Below, piece after piece: positions 21,451 through 31,964 of a DNA stretch of 61,642 bases. Both the position numbers and the translations under genes were made by a program. The first letter of the stretch is position 1; each line of letters starts with the position of its first letter. Below the pieces are notes generated by a model, which was not told where the DNA came from, did not search any database, and worked only from the letters and a program-made list of their open reading frames with translations. Source of the stretch: an uncultured Spirochaetota bacterium (GTDB taxonomy: Bacteria > Spirochaetota > Spirochaetia > SZUA-6 > Fen-1364); NCBI GenBank assembly GCA_963845535.1, contig CAWJSK010000008.1, positions 1 to 61,642 of the forward strand, given 5' to 3'.

Positions 21451-22254
21451 GTGAAGATATTCGTCTGCATCAAGCAGGTGCCTGACACCACCAACGTGCG
21501 CATCAACCCGGAGACCAACACGCTGGTGCGCGAAGGGGTGCAGTCCATCATCAACCCTTTCGACGTGTACGCGCTGGAAGAAGGGGTGCGGCTGAAAGAG
21601 AAATACGGCGGCGGCGTCACCGTCATTACCATGGGGCCTCCGCAGGCATCCGACGCTCTGCGTGACGCAATTGGCCTGGGGGCTGACAACGCGTACCTCG
21701 TTTCTGACCGCGCCTTTGCGGGCGCGGACACGCTGGCAACCGCCTACGCCCTTGCGTGCACGGTGCGCAAGCTTGGCGGAGCGGACGTGATCCTCATGGG
21801 CCGCCAGGCAATCGACGGAGACACCGGCCAGGTGGGACCGGGGGTGGCTGAGAACCTCGGGATCTCGCACATCACGGACATCCGGAAAATCGAAGAGATT
21901 GCGGACTCACGCATTGTCGTCGAACGGCTGTTGGAGGACGGGTACGCACGGCTTGCCGCGCGACTCCCCGTGGTGCTGACTGTGGTCAAAGAGATCAACA
22001 CGCCGCGGCTTCCTTCGCTGAAAGGCAAGCTTGCCGCAAAGAAGGCGGAGATACCCGTCCTGAAGGCCTCCGATGTGGACGCAGACGTGCAGCGCCTCGG
22101 ACTCAACGGCTCCCCCACGCAGGTCATGAAGATATTCACCCCTGCGCGGCCTTCCGGCGGCAAGAAGTTCACGGGGGAGCCGGCTGCCACGGTTGGCGCG
22201 CTCCTGAACGAGCTGACCACCGCCGGCATATCCATCCGCAAGGGCGGGAAATAA
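21451..22254 (+). CDS. etfB: Electron transfer flavoprotein beta subunit
   Basis: VCIKQVPD, DRAFAGADT and GRQAIDGDTGQVG. Confidence 0.96.
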   Translation: MKIFVCIKQVPDTTNVRINPETNTLVREGVQSIINPFDVYALEEGVRLKEKYGGGVTVITMGPPQASDALRDAIGLGADNAYLVSDRAFAGADTLATAYALACTVRKLGGADVILMGRQAIDGDTGQVGPGVAENLGISHITDIRKIEEIADSRIVVERLLEDGYARLAARLPVVLTVVKEINTPRLPSLKGKLAAKKAEIPVLKASDVDADVQRLGLNGSPTQVMKIFTPARPSGGKKFTGEPAATVGALLNELTTAGISIRKGGK

Positions 22255-22264
22255 GGAACTCCGT

Positions 22265-23485
22265 ATGGATCCCATCCGCGTCATCACGCAGAACTGCATT
22301 GGCTGCAAGCTCTGCGTCAAGTCATGCCCCTTTGAGGCAATTGCGCTCACGGGACCGCTGGTCCAGGGCAAGACTGACCGAAACACCGCGGTCATAGACC
22401 TCGGCAAGTGCACGCTCTGCGGCGCCTGCGTGGAGGCGTGCAAGCGCTACAACGCCATCGTCATCACCCGCAGGACGTTCAAGGGCCAGGACGTCAGCCA
22501 ATACTCGGGCATAGCGGTTTTCGCCGAGCACAGGCGCGGCAAGATCGCCTCCGTTGTCCCTGAGATCATCGGGGCTGCTCGGGAGCTTGCAAAGCAGCGG
22601 TCCTCCACCGTCAACGCCATCCTGGTGGGGAAAGACGCGCGCGCCATGACGGATGAGCTTTTGTCCTACGGCGTGGATGAAGTATGGATGATCGACAACC
22701 CCGGAATCGGGGATTTCGATGAGGACGTGCAGGCTGACCTGGTAACCGAGATCCTGCTGGAGAAGAAGCCTGAGGTATTCCTGGGCGGCGGCACCGTCAT
22801 TGGCAGGTCCCTCCTGCCCCGCGTGGCCGCGCGGATTCTGACCGGTCTGACGGCTGACTGCACCGAGCTCAGCATTGATCCGGAGACCCAGCTTCTCAAG
22901 CAGACGCGGCCGGCGTTCGGCGGCAACATCATGGCCACCATCCTCTGCCAGAACCACAGGCCCCAGATGGCCACGGTGCGGCACAAGGTGATGACGCCAG
23001 CGGAGAAGGTAGCGTCTCCTCACGGCAGGGTCGTCGAGCTGAACCATATCAAGGTGCCGAAATCCAAGCTCGAGTTCCTGGAGTTCGTGGAGGAGAAAAC
23101 CGCCACGGTGAACCTCGTGGAAGCGGACGTCATTGTCTCAGGCGGCCGCGGGATCAAGGACCCGAAGAACTTCAGCCTCATTGAGAAGCTTGCCCTCACA
23201 ACGGGCGGGGCGGTGGGCGCCTCCCGCGCGGCGGTGGACGCGGGGTGGATACCATACTCGCACCAGGTTGGCCAGACGGGGAAGACCGTGAAGCCGACAG
23301 TGTACATTGCCTGCGGCATCAGCGGCGCAATCCAGCACCTGGCCGGCATGAAGGCATCCGACATGATCATTGCCATCAACTCGGACCCCAACGCGCCAAT
23401 CTTCGACGTGGCGCATTACGGGATTGTCGGGGACCTCTTCCAGGTGGTGCCGGAGCTGATCAAGCGGCTTGAAAGCGGGGGATGA
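22265..23485 (+). CDS. etfA: Electron transfer flavoprotein alpha subunit with N-terminal 2x[4Fe-4S] domain
   Basis: CIGCKLCVKSCP and CTLCGACVEAC; GLTADCT, QVGQTGK and GISGAIQH. Confidence 0.96.
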   Translation: MDPIRVITQNCIGCKLCVKSCPFEAIALTGPLVQGKTDRNTAVIDLGKCTLCGACVEACKRYNAIVITRRTFKGQDVSQYSGIAVFAEHRRGKIASVVPEIIGAARELAKQRSSTVNAILVGKDARAMTDELLSYGVDEVWMIDNPGIGDFDEDVQADLVTEILLEKKPEVFLGGGTVIGRSLLPRVAARILTGLTADCTELSIDPETQLLKQTRPAFGGNIMATILCQNHRPQMATVRHKVMTPAEKVASPHGRVVELNHIKVPKSKLEFLEFVEEKTATVNLVEADVIVSGGRGIKDPKNFSLIEKLALTTGGAVGASRAAVDAGWIPYSHQVGQTGKTVKPTVYIACGISGAIQHLAGMKASDMIIAINSDPNAPIFDVAHYGIVGDLFQVVPELIKRLESGG

Positions 23486-23681
23486 CCAAGGAACCCTTGC
23501 TATAGGCTTCGTGTCAGCGACTGAAAGGACACGCAAGATTCCGATTCAAAATGGAAAAAGCAGCAAATGGCTCCCACGGATTGGACGAAAGCACCACCAG
23601 TGTCCCGCGTCTCAGGTTGCGCGCGTCACGGAGGATCCCTTTCTCATTCAGAACCGTCCGCGGCTACCCTGCGCTCCTCGC

Positions 23682-24335
23682 CTACTGTGAGGCTCCCTGC
23701 AGCTGGCGATAGACATCGGTTCCATCCAGGTTTGCATTGTACTGCGCGTAGTCAAATGCCGTTGATCCCGCGTTGTCTCTGGCCTTCGCGTCCGCGCCCG
23801 CCTTCAAGAGCGTACTGATTACCTCGGGATTCGGATTGCTCATGGCGGCCCACATCAGAGCGGTCGACCCTTTCTTGTCCCGAGCGTTGATGTCAAGACC
23901 TGCACCGAGAAGCTTCGAGATCACGGCGGGATTCTCGTTGCATCCCGCGTACAACAGGGCGGTGGCTCCACTGTTGTCCTGCGCCTTGATGTCCGCGCCA
24001 GCCTCCAGAAGCCTCCCGACCACCTCGGGATTGTGGTTGTAGCGGGCTGCCAACAGCAGCGAGGTCGAACCGTCCATGTCATAGGCCTTGATGTCCGCTC
24101 CTGCTTTCAGAAGGGTAGTGATGACTGCGGGGTCCCGGTTCTGCATGGCCGCGAACAAAAGCGCAGTGGCCCCATTCTCATTTCGAGCTTTTACGTCCGC
24201 GCCTTTGTTGATTGCAGCTTGCACGCTCTGCGGGGTTCCGGTTTTTGCAAGGTCAAAGAAATTCGTTGTCTGTGCATGCGCCGAAGCCGTCAAGACGATT
24301 GCAAGAGCTACCGAAACGGCCACTTGCTTGTTCAT
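23682..24335 (-). CDS. Secreted ankyrin-repeat protein (short)
   Basis: Signal peptide ending AHA-Q; repeats of GxTALxxAAxxNxNPxVIxxLLKAGAD. Confidence 0.92.
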   Translation of the reverse strand: MNKQVAVSVALAIVLTASAHAQTTNFFDLAKTGTPQSVQAAINKGADVKARNENGATALLFAAMQNRDPAVITTLLKAGADIKAYDMDGSTSLLLAARYNHNPEVVGRLLEAGADIKAQDNSGATALLYAGCNENPAVISKLLGAGLDINARDKKGSTALMWAAMSNPNPEVISTLLKAGADAKARDNAGSTAFDYAQYNANLDGTDVYRQLQGASQ

Positions 24336-24480
24336 TTTCTCACCTCTGCGGCTGTTGATATTCGACGTCCTCGCTTCAAGAGAAACTCTCTGATCCCGAC
24401 ACACCGGTGACAGGGACCATGCCGAGTGGATGCGCACGCCGCGGAAGTCATCGGCCGCAGGATTTGAACCTGTTCTCGCC

Positions 24481-26839
24481 CTACTGCGACGCTCGTTGAA
24501 GCTGCCGGTAGGCGTCGGTGCCTTTGAGCTTTGCGTTGTCCTTCGCGTAGTCAAAAGCGCCTCTTTCCTGCGTTGTCTTTCGCCTTTGGGTCAGAGCCGG
24601 ACTTCAGAAGCGTGGTGATCACCTCGCGGCTTTCGCTTGTGCCGGCCGCGTACATCAACGCGGTTCTGCCGCCCTTGTCCTGAGCCTTGATGTCCGCGCC
24701 CGCCTTCAAAAGCGTGGTGATCGCTTTGACGTTGGGATTCACCATGGCGGCGTACATCAGCGCGGTTCTGCCGCCCTTGTCTTGAGCCTTGATGTCCGCG
24801 CCCGACTTCAGGAGCGCGGCGACCGTCTCGGGATTGAAGTTGAAGCCGGCGGCCCACATCAGCGAGCTCTTGCCGTCCTTGTCCTGAGCCTTGATGTCCG
24901 CGCCCGCCTTCAAGAGCGTGGCGATTACGATGGTGTTCTTGTTGTACCCGGCAGCCGCCATCAGCGGGGTGACGCCGCCCTCCTCGTACTGCGGGACATC
25001 CTGCTCCTTGCTGCGAGCGTTCACATCCGCGCCCGCCTTCAGCAGCACTACGATCACGTCGGGGTTCTGGTTTCTCGCGGCGCATATCAGCGGTGTATTG
25101 CCGTCTTTGTCCCGTGCGTTCACGTCCGCACCGGCCTTCAGCAGTGCCGTGATCACCTCGGGGTTCGGGTTCCAAGACTGCGCTGGTGATGGCGAGGACG
25201 CCCTGGTCTCGAGCGGGGTCGCCTCTTCGCCAAAAATGTCGGACAAGTCCGAAAGGCCCGCCGAATCCCCCAATTCGTCCCCCAGCCCCTTCGTGAGACT
25301 TGAGACCAGCGTGTCCATCAGGCCCTTGTATTCCCCGGCGGCGCGGAGAAGCGGGGTTTTGCCCTTGTTGTCCCTGGCTTCTATTTCGGCGCCAGCTTTC
25401 AAAAGCGTGGCAGCCACCCCGAGATTCTGGTTGAACTCGGCGGCAAACATCAGCGCGGTCACACCATCGGAGTCCTGAGCCCTGATATCCGCCCCGGCTT
25501 TCAGGAGCGCGGCGATCACCTCGGCGCTCTGCGTCCACTCGGCGGCAAACATCAGCGCGGTCAGCCCGTCTTTGTCCCGCGCACTGACATCGGCCCCCTT
25601 GTTGATGGCGGCTTCAATGCTCTGCGCTGTGCTCGTCCTTACGAGCTCAAAGAAAAGCTGTCGATAGGCGTCGGTGCCCTTGAGCTTCTCATTCTCCTGG
25701 GCATAATCAAAAGCCGTCTTTCCCGAATTGTCTTTCGCCTTCGCGTCCGCTCCGGCCTGCAGGAGCGCGGTGATCACCTCCGGGTTCTGGTTGCTGCCCG
25801 CTGCATACATCAGGGCGGTAAAGCCGTCCTTGTTCCGAGCCTTCGTGTCCGCACCAGCCTTCAGGAGTGTTCTGATCACTTCGACGTTCTGATTGTTGCT
25901 TGCTGCGTTCATCAGGGCAGTCAAGCCGTCCACGTTCTGAACCTTGATGTCCGCGCCAGCCTTCAGAAGCGTCGTGATCACGCCGGGATTCTGGTTATGC
26001 CCGGCGGCGAGCGTCAGCGCGGTCGCGCCGCCCGTGACGCGAGCCCTGATGTCAGCGCCGGCGTTCAAGAGCGCGGTGATCACCTGCGGGTTCTGGTTAT
26101 CCTGGGCGGCCAGCATCAGCGCGGTGACGCCGTTCTTGTCGTGAGCCCCGATTTTCGCACCGGCCTTGAGAAGCGCGCCGATCACCTCGGGATTCTTGTT
26201 TCCCTCCGCGGCGAGCGCCAGCGCGGTCCAGCCGTCCACGTTCCGAGCCATGACATCCGCGCCGGCGTGTACGAGAACCGTGATCACAGCAGGGTTCTCG
26301 TTGCGCCACGCAGCGTACATCAGCGGGTTCCAGCCGTTTGCGTCCTTGGCCCCTGTTTCCGCGCCAGCCTTCAGAAGCGTGGTGACTACCTGGGGATTCT
26401 GGTTCGTCTGGGCAGCCTGCATGAGTGCGGTCCCGCCGTTCTTGTCGCGAGCACCGATGTCTGAGCCGGCCTTCAAGAGCGCTGCAACCACCTCCGGGTT
26501 CTGATTGTCGCCGGCGGCATACAGCAGGGCAGTGAAGCCGTCCTTGTCCTGCGCACCGATGTCTGCGCCGGCCGTCAGGAGAGTAGTCGTCACCTCTGGG
26601 TTCTGATTATTGCTGGCTGCCTCCATCAGGACGGTCAAGCCGTCCTTGTCCCGGGCCTGCACATCCGCTCCGCTCGTGATGGCGGCTTGCACATCCTGCG
26701 GCGTTCCCGTCTTTGCAAGCTCAAATAGGTCGGGCGGTTGTGCGGGCGGTGCCTCACGTGGGGCATTTGAGACGCATCCCGCCAGGATGAGAGCGGCAAA
26801 GAATGCAAGATTCATAGCAAAGGAAGTTCGCTTTTTCAC
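24481..26839 (-). CDS. Ankyrin-repeat lipoprotein made of two fused modules; +1 frameshift near 24560 hides the real C-terminus
   Basis: ILAGC lipobox; about 17 repeats; the alternative frame gives AFDYAKDNAKLKGTDAYRQLQRASQ* ending at 24481. Confidence 0.9.
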
Positions 26840-26952
26840 CGTGTTTCCTCCCTTTCGCCATCCTTCAGGAGCTTGATGTCCGCGTCTTTGTTGATAGCGG
26901 TTCGCACGCTCTGTGGCGTTGCGGTTCTCGCAAGCTGATCGTTCGCGTATTC
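26836..26952 (-). pseudogene. Collapsed ankyrin gene remnant
   Basis: Manual translation ...QLARTATPQSVRTAINKDADIKLLKDG... matches the N-cap DLAKTGTPQSVQAAINKGADVK; no start codon. Confidence 0.7.
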
Positions 26953-27189
26953 ACTTTACGCCTTCGTTGCGTTGACATATTACATCATCCCCTCCACTCG
27001 GTGATAGATCGAGGCCAAAGGCCAGTCGTGGGGATACTTTCACAGCGCCCGCCGCGTCATTTCTTCTGCGTGCCTCACGGACGCGTACAGCCTCTCGGGC
27101 CGAAGCTTGATAGTCCTCGCGGAAGGAACTACAGTGCATAAGTAGTTGCAATAAATAGCAACTTCTAACTTACTTAACAAGGAAATCGC

Positions 27190-27564
27190 ATGGACGAGGA
27201 GATCTTCGAGCTGCACGCGGATGTCTGCCGTACGCTTTCCAACCCGAAGCGGCTGAAAATTCTCAATGCCCTGCGGGACGGGGAAATACCAGTCAGCCGG
27301 ATCCTCGCGAAGATGGGCCGTATCGGCAAGGCCAACCTCTCCCAGCACCTGGCGGTGATGCGCCAGAAAGGAGTGGTAGCTGCCCGAAGAGAGGGCAACC
27401 TCATCTATTACCGGATTTCCAGCCCCAAGATCATTCAGGCGTACGACCTCATGCGGGAGGTGCTTTTTGAGCAGCTTGAAGGGAAGGGCGCGCTCTTCCT
27501 GAAATATGCGCGGTCGACGGAGACGAGACTCGGACGACACGCCGGGGCGTCCGCTCGCTCGTGA
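27190..27564 (+). CDS. ArsR/SmtB family transcriptional regulator
   Basis: LSNPKRLKIL, NLSQHLAVMR and RREGNLIYY. Confidence 0.93.
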   Translation: MDEEIFELHADVCRTLSNPKRLKILNALRDGEIPVSRILAKMGRIGKANLSQHLAVMRQKGVVAARREGNLIYYRISSPKIIQAYDLMREVLFEQLEGKGALFLKYARSTETRLGRHAGASARS

Positions 27565-27587
27565 GGGAAAGTCAGGGAACGGCAAGA

Positions 27588-27690
27588 ATGACGGGAACGA
27601 GAGAGCCCCCGGCCGCTCGACTGCATTGCTGAAGGGTACGATTTCTGGTACAAGAGCCCCTGGGCGTCCGTAGTGGTGCCCTCCATTTAG
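27588..27690 (+). pseudogene. Possible N-terminal remnant of a class I SAM methyltransferase
   Basis: LDCIAEGYDFWYKSP resembles the FDxxAxxYDxWYxxP start of these enzymes; truncated. Confidence 0.45.
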
Positions 27691-27779
27691 GGCGCTTTTT
27701 GCGTTTGGGCTGTCGCCGGACCTGTTCTTGGTGCGTCGGTCAGAAAAATGCTTGAGGAAAATCTAAAAAGGAGAAAAAC

Positions 27780-28512
27780 ATGAAAAAGCTCTTTATCGAG
27801 GTCATTCTTATTGGGCTGCTCGTCCCAGTGGGGCTGTTCGCCGCTGATACTCATAGTCCGCCCCAACCTCCGGCGCCTGCAGCCGCCACAGGTGGGACAC
27901 ACGTCTTCGGAGATATGGTTGTAGGACTTGGAGGAAGCCTTTACTCCGGCTCTTACACTGGCGACGACGATAGCTTTCCGCCCAATTACATTTCTGATGT
28001 TGCTATGGGTGGGTCATCGTTCGATCTCATTTTCGGAGGTAATGTTTATTGGGTATTGAACCCGGTGCACACCTACTGGCTCGGGAATTGGTGCAACGCT
28101 TGCCATTCCCTTGGGGGGAGCAAATAGCAGCTCAGTCCCCGGCGGTTCAATTACTCCCTACGCTTTGTCTCTAGATATCCCGTTCCTCTATGATGTTAGT
28201 CCGCCGACACTTTCAATAAGCTTGAAAGCATCTTTGATTGGTGTGTGGGCCTATGACTACATCACCTCAGATAGTCTCATGGGTCTTGGTTTCGGGATAA
28301 CTGGTGGTCCAGTCTTCTACATAGATTCACATGAAAATACTGGCATTTCGATATTGGCAAGCTACAAATACATTTCTGCCAGCGGTAAGGCTTCATATAC
28401 TGGCGACTCTATGAGTTTCTCGGGCAGCAGTTTCTCTTTGTCAGTTTGCTTTACTTTTGTAATCGCGTCTGACAACGTAATTTCTGCTCCGAGCAACGAT
28501 TACGACGAATAA
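27780..28512 (+). CDS. Exported, probable outer-membrane beta-barrel protein; +1 frameshift near 28083
   Basis: AAGGAG RBS, signal peptide and alternating beta-strands; removing one G gives ...YWLGIGATLAIPLGGAN..., joining two ORFs; lower GC. Confidence 0.65.
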
Positions 28513-28566
28513 GGAGAATCGCGTCGGCCCAGAAGTGTACGTAGCTCTTGCCTTCAAACCTCTGCG

Positions 28567-28944
28567 CTCCACGAAGCGCTGCGCCCCGAGGCCCTGCTAT
28601 TAGGTCGGCGCAGCTACCAGTTCTTCGCCACCCGGTGGTCATTCCGCACTGGCCAATTTGCAGACAGGTTGAACAGTCTGCCCAAGTACGTTGTGTCCTC
28701 GACCCTCGAAGGCCCCAATTGGACCAACTCGACGGTCTTGAAGGACCACGTGGTGAACAAGGTGTCGAAGCTGAAGCGGGAGACAGACGGAGACATCGTC
28801 GTCTACGCCAGCGCCCAGCTCGTGCGCACCCTGATGGAGCACGACCTCGTCGACGAGCTGCGGCTGATGATCTACCCGATCGTGCTCGGGGCCGGCAAGC
28901 GCCTTTTCGGCGAGACCAGCGACAAGAAACCCATGCGCCGCGTC
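28567..28944 (+). pseudogene. Dihydrofolate reductase/RibD C-terminal family fragment lacking both ends
   Basis: ALLLGRRSYQFFA...LPKYVVSSTL...LVDELRLMIYPIVLGAGKRLF. Confidence 0.85.
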
Positions 28945-29016
28945 CACATCCGCGAGCCCTCGGGCGGGGCACGCCCAAAAAGAGGGGCCATCATCAGAGA
29001 CGACGGCCGTGCTTGC

Positions 29017-29677
29017 TCACGTCAGCAGCTCATATATGCCGAGGAGGACGAGGATAACGCCTGCGGCAAGGTCGCTCCACCGCCCGAACCATCGGGCGAT
29101 AAACAGCAGGCCAATCCCGATGCCGACGTAGAAGAAGACTATGCTGAAAACGAACGAGCATCCCACCATGAGGAAGACGTTCAACCCTATCAGCCCCGCC
29201 GCGAAGCCGGCGGACAGGTTGTTGAGAGTCAAGGCCAGGGCCAGAAGGAAGGCCTCTTTGACTTCAATAGTCCCTGAGAAGTCATAGTCAGCCCTCAAGG
29301 GGTCCTTCAGGATTCTCCCTAGCTCCTTCAGGCTGAAATGCGGTTGCTGTCCGGGACTTGGAGATGCCCGTATTCGGAGGTTCTGGCCGCCCCGCCCGTC
29401 CCGCTTTTCGTGATTTTCCCAGAGACTGAAAAATCAGGACAACGCCCGAAGCCGAGATGATGCCCGCCCCAAGAGCTCCTGCCAGTTGGCCAGAGACCAG
29501 CCTCCGTAAGGTGGAGCCAATGAACATTGTGAGATAGGTGCCCAGACAAGGGATGAGGGCGCAAATGAAGTTGGACAGGAGTGGCAGGCGAAACTTCCTG
29601 GCACCGTACGCAAGCGCCACTCCAAGCGTGTCCAGGTTTGAAGAAATGGCGAGACCAAGAATTGTGACCAGTTGCAT
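29017..29677 (-). CDS. YtaF/MntP-family membrane protein; frameshift near 29338
   Basis: AISSNLDTLGVALAYG and P..ADYDFSGTI..KEAFLLALALTLNN lie in two frames. Confidence 0.8.
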
Positions 29678-29700
29678 TGTCGGGGCGGGTTGCCGACCGA

Positions 29701-30696
29701 TTACCAGGCGTAAGCCTTGGGCGCCTCACCTCCAGGGCCGGGGAAAATTGCGTCCAGCTTTTCGATCAACTGTTGATCGAGCTTGATCTCCGTGGCGCGC
29801 ACCGCCTCGTTGAGCTGGTCCACCGTACGAGGCCCCACGATGGGCGCGGTGACGGCGGGGTTGTGCATCAGCCAGGCCAGCGCCACCACGCCGGGCTTCT
29901 CTCCGATCTCACGGCATAGCTTCTCATAGGCTTCGATCTTTGGGCGCGACTTTTCCAGGTTCTTCTTGAACTCATCGCTCGTGCGGCGTCCTGCCTGCAC
30001 CTTTTCCAGCGCGCCGCCCAGGAGTCCGCCGCCCAGCGGGCTCCAGGGAATAAGCCCCATTCCATAGTGCCTGCAGGCTGGGATGACCTCCAACTCCACC
30101 ATCCGGTTGTTGAGATTGTAGATGCTTTGCTCGCTGACCAGGCCCATTGCGCCCCGGCGAGAGGCTTCCTGGCAGGCAGTGGCAATGTCCCAGCCGGCGA
30201 AATTGCTCGACCCCACGTAGCTCACTTTGCCCTGATTCACCAGTGATCCCATGGCTTGCCAGATCTCGTCCCAAGGGCACTCCCTGTCGACGTGGTGCAT
30301 CTGGTAGAGGTCGATGGTTTCCGTACGAAGCCGTCGAAGGCTCCCCTCCGCATGCCTGCGGATTTTCACCGCGGACAGATTTCGGCCGCTGTGGTTGGGC
30401 TCGGCCTTCTCTCCTTCACGGTCGGCAGGGTTGTAAACCTTGGTTGCCAGGACAATCGCGTCCCTGCGGCCTCCGCCTTGGGCAAGCCAACGGCCAATGA
30501 TCTCCTCGGTCAGCCCTCGCGGGGTCCAGCCGTACACGTCCGCGGTGTCGAAGAAGTTGATGCCCACCTCCAGCGCGCGGTCCATGATCGCGAAAGCATC
30601 CTTCTCACTGGTCTGGTTGCCGAAGTTCATAGTGCCCAGGCACAGGTTGCTCACCAGAACCCCGTGACGCCCAAGCCTCCCGTGGGTGATAGCCAT
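29701..30696 (-). CDS. Aldo/keto reductase
   Basis: LCLGTMNFG, FFDTADVYG, LATKV, IDLYQMH and PWSPLGGG. Confidence 0.95.
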   Translation of the reverse strand: MAITHGRLGRHGVLVSNLCLGTMNFGNQTSEKDAFAIMDRALEVGINFFDTADVYGWTPRGLTEEIIGRWLAQGGGRRDAIVLATKVYNPADREGEKAEPNHSGRNLSAVKIRRHAEGSLRRLRTETIDLYQMHHVDRECPWDEIWQAMGSLVNQGKVSYVGSSNFAGWDIATACQEASRRGAMGLVSEQSIYNLNNRMVELEVIPACRHYGMGLIPWSPLGGGLLGGALEKVQAGRRTSDEFKKNLEKSRPKIEAYEKLCREIGEKPGVVALAWLMHNPAVTAPIVGPRTVDQLNEAVRATEIKLDQQLIEKLDAIFPGPGGEAPKAYAW

Positions 30697-30847
30697 TCGA
30701 GCCTCCTTGGATGCACTGAATGTACTGAAATCCCGGGCGTGATGGGTGTCAAGGCAGACACGGGGTAGTGCGGGGGTAGTGCCTGCACGAGGGCTACTGG
30801 CACCCGGTCCGTACGGAGTAGTACATTCTGGACAAAGGGGAATTACC

Positions 30848-31870
30848 ATGCCAGTGACAATGACGAAGGGGAAGTTTGCCGGCATCAGTGCGTGCGCCAA
30901 CGACAACGGCGTAATTGCTGCCGCGGCCATGGACCAGCGCGGGTCGCTGGAAAAGGCCATCAGCAAGGCCCGCGGATCAGCGGCCACGGCGGATGACCTG
31001 GTGACGTTCAAGGTTGCCGTCTCGAGCGTCCTTACACGCCATGCCAGCGCCATTCTGCTGGACCCTGAATACGGCCTGGAGGCGCTCAAGGCGCGCGCCA
31101 AGGGAAGCGGCGTCCTCCTTGCCTATGAGAAGACCGGCTACGACACCAAAGATGACAGTCGGCTGCCTGACCTGCTCCCGGAGTGGAGCGTCCACCGGCT
31201 GGCTGCCGCGGGAGCGAACGTCATCAAGATACTCCTCTACTACAATCCGACCCATCCGGAAAGCATCAACACCATCAAGCACGCGTTTATCGAGCGCGTG
31301 GGAGCGGAGTGCGCGGCAAATGACATCCCCTTGTTCCTGGAGGTGATCTGCTACAACGACGCGCTTGGCGACGCCAAAGGCCTGGAGCTCGCAAAGGCGA
31401 AGCCCGGCTACGTCAAGGCCTATATGGAAGAGTTCTCCAAGCCGCAGTACCGCGTCGACGTCCTCAAGGTGGAGGTCCCGGTCAACATGGCATACGTTGA
31501 GGGGACGAAAACCTTCGCGGGCCAGAAAGCATATACAAGAAAAGAGGCGATGAAGCTCTTCCAGGAGGCGGCAGCCGTCTCGAAGCTTCCGTTCATCTAC
31601 CTCAGCGCCGGTGTGAGTGACGAAGTGTTTCGGGAGACCCTCGAGCTGGCCGCGGAGGCGGGTACCCCGTTCTCCGGCGTCTTGTGCGGCCGTGCAACGT
31701 GGCAGGACGGGATCCCCGTCTACGCCAACGGCGGCCTGGATACCCTGACTGCATGGCTGGAAAACCGAGGGGTGAAGAATATAACTGCTCTCAACGCCAT
31801 CCTTGCCAAAGGCGCAAAGCCGTGGTGGGATTTCTATGGAGGGAAGAAGAACATCAAAGTCACAGCCTGA
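30848..31870 (+). CDS. lacD: Tagatose-1,6-bisphosphate aldolase (class I)
   Basis: AMDQRGSL, ILLDPEYG, DVLKVEVP, YLSAGV and GVLCGRATW. Confidence 0.9.
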   Translation: MPVTMTKGKFAGISACANDNGVIAAAAMDQRGSLEKAISKARGSAATADDLVTFKVAVSSVLTRHASAILLDPEYGLEALKARAKGSGVLLAYEKTGYDTKDDSRLPDLLPEWSVHRLAAAGANVIKILLYYNPTHPESINTIKHAFIERVGAECAANDIPLFLEVICYNDALGDAKGLELAKAKPGYVKAYMEEFSKPQYRVDVLKVEVPVNMAYVEGTKTFAGQKAYTRKEAMKLFQEAAAVSKLPFIYLSAGVSDEVFRETLELAAEAGTPFSGVLCGRATWQDGIPVYANGGLDTLTAWLENRGVKNITALNAILAKGAKPWWDFYGGKKNIKVTA

Positions 31871-31927
31871 CGGAGCGGCCTCCTGCACGACAGATCAGGG
31901 GAAAAGAATGTTCGGGATTGCGCACAA

Positions 31928-31954
31928 GCGGCCGGCCGTTGGCCGACCGGCCGC
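31928..31954. terminator. GC-rich hairpin between convergent genes
   Basis: GCGGCCGG...CCGGCCGC inverted repeat. Confidence 0.45.
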
Positions 31955-31964
31955 CCGTGTCTGA

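Noticed and set aside
24458..24472. tRNA T-arm-like CAGGTTCAAATCCTG (minus strand) between ankyrin genes
   Set aside because: No acceptor, D or anticodon arms; too short to call a tRNA or att remnant
23682..26839. Diversity-generating retroelement acting on the ankyrin repeats
   Set aside because: No reverse transcriptase in the window and no adenine-specific TR/VR pair seen
28945..29277. C-terminal extension of the DHFR-like ORF
   Set aside because: Read-through into the antisense strand of the YtaF-like gene after truncation
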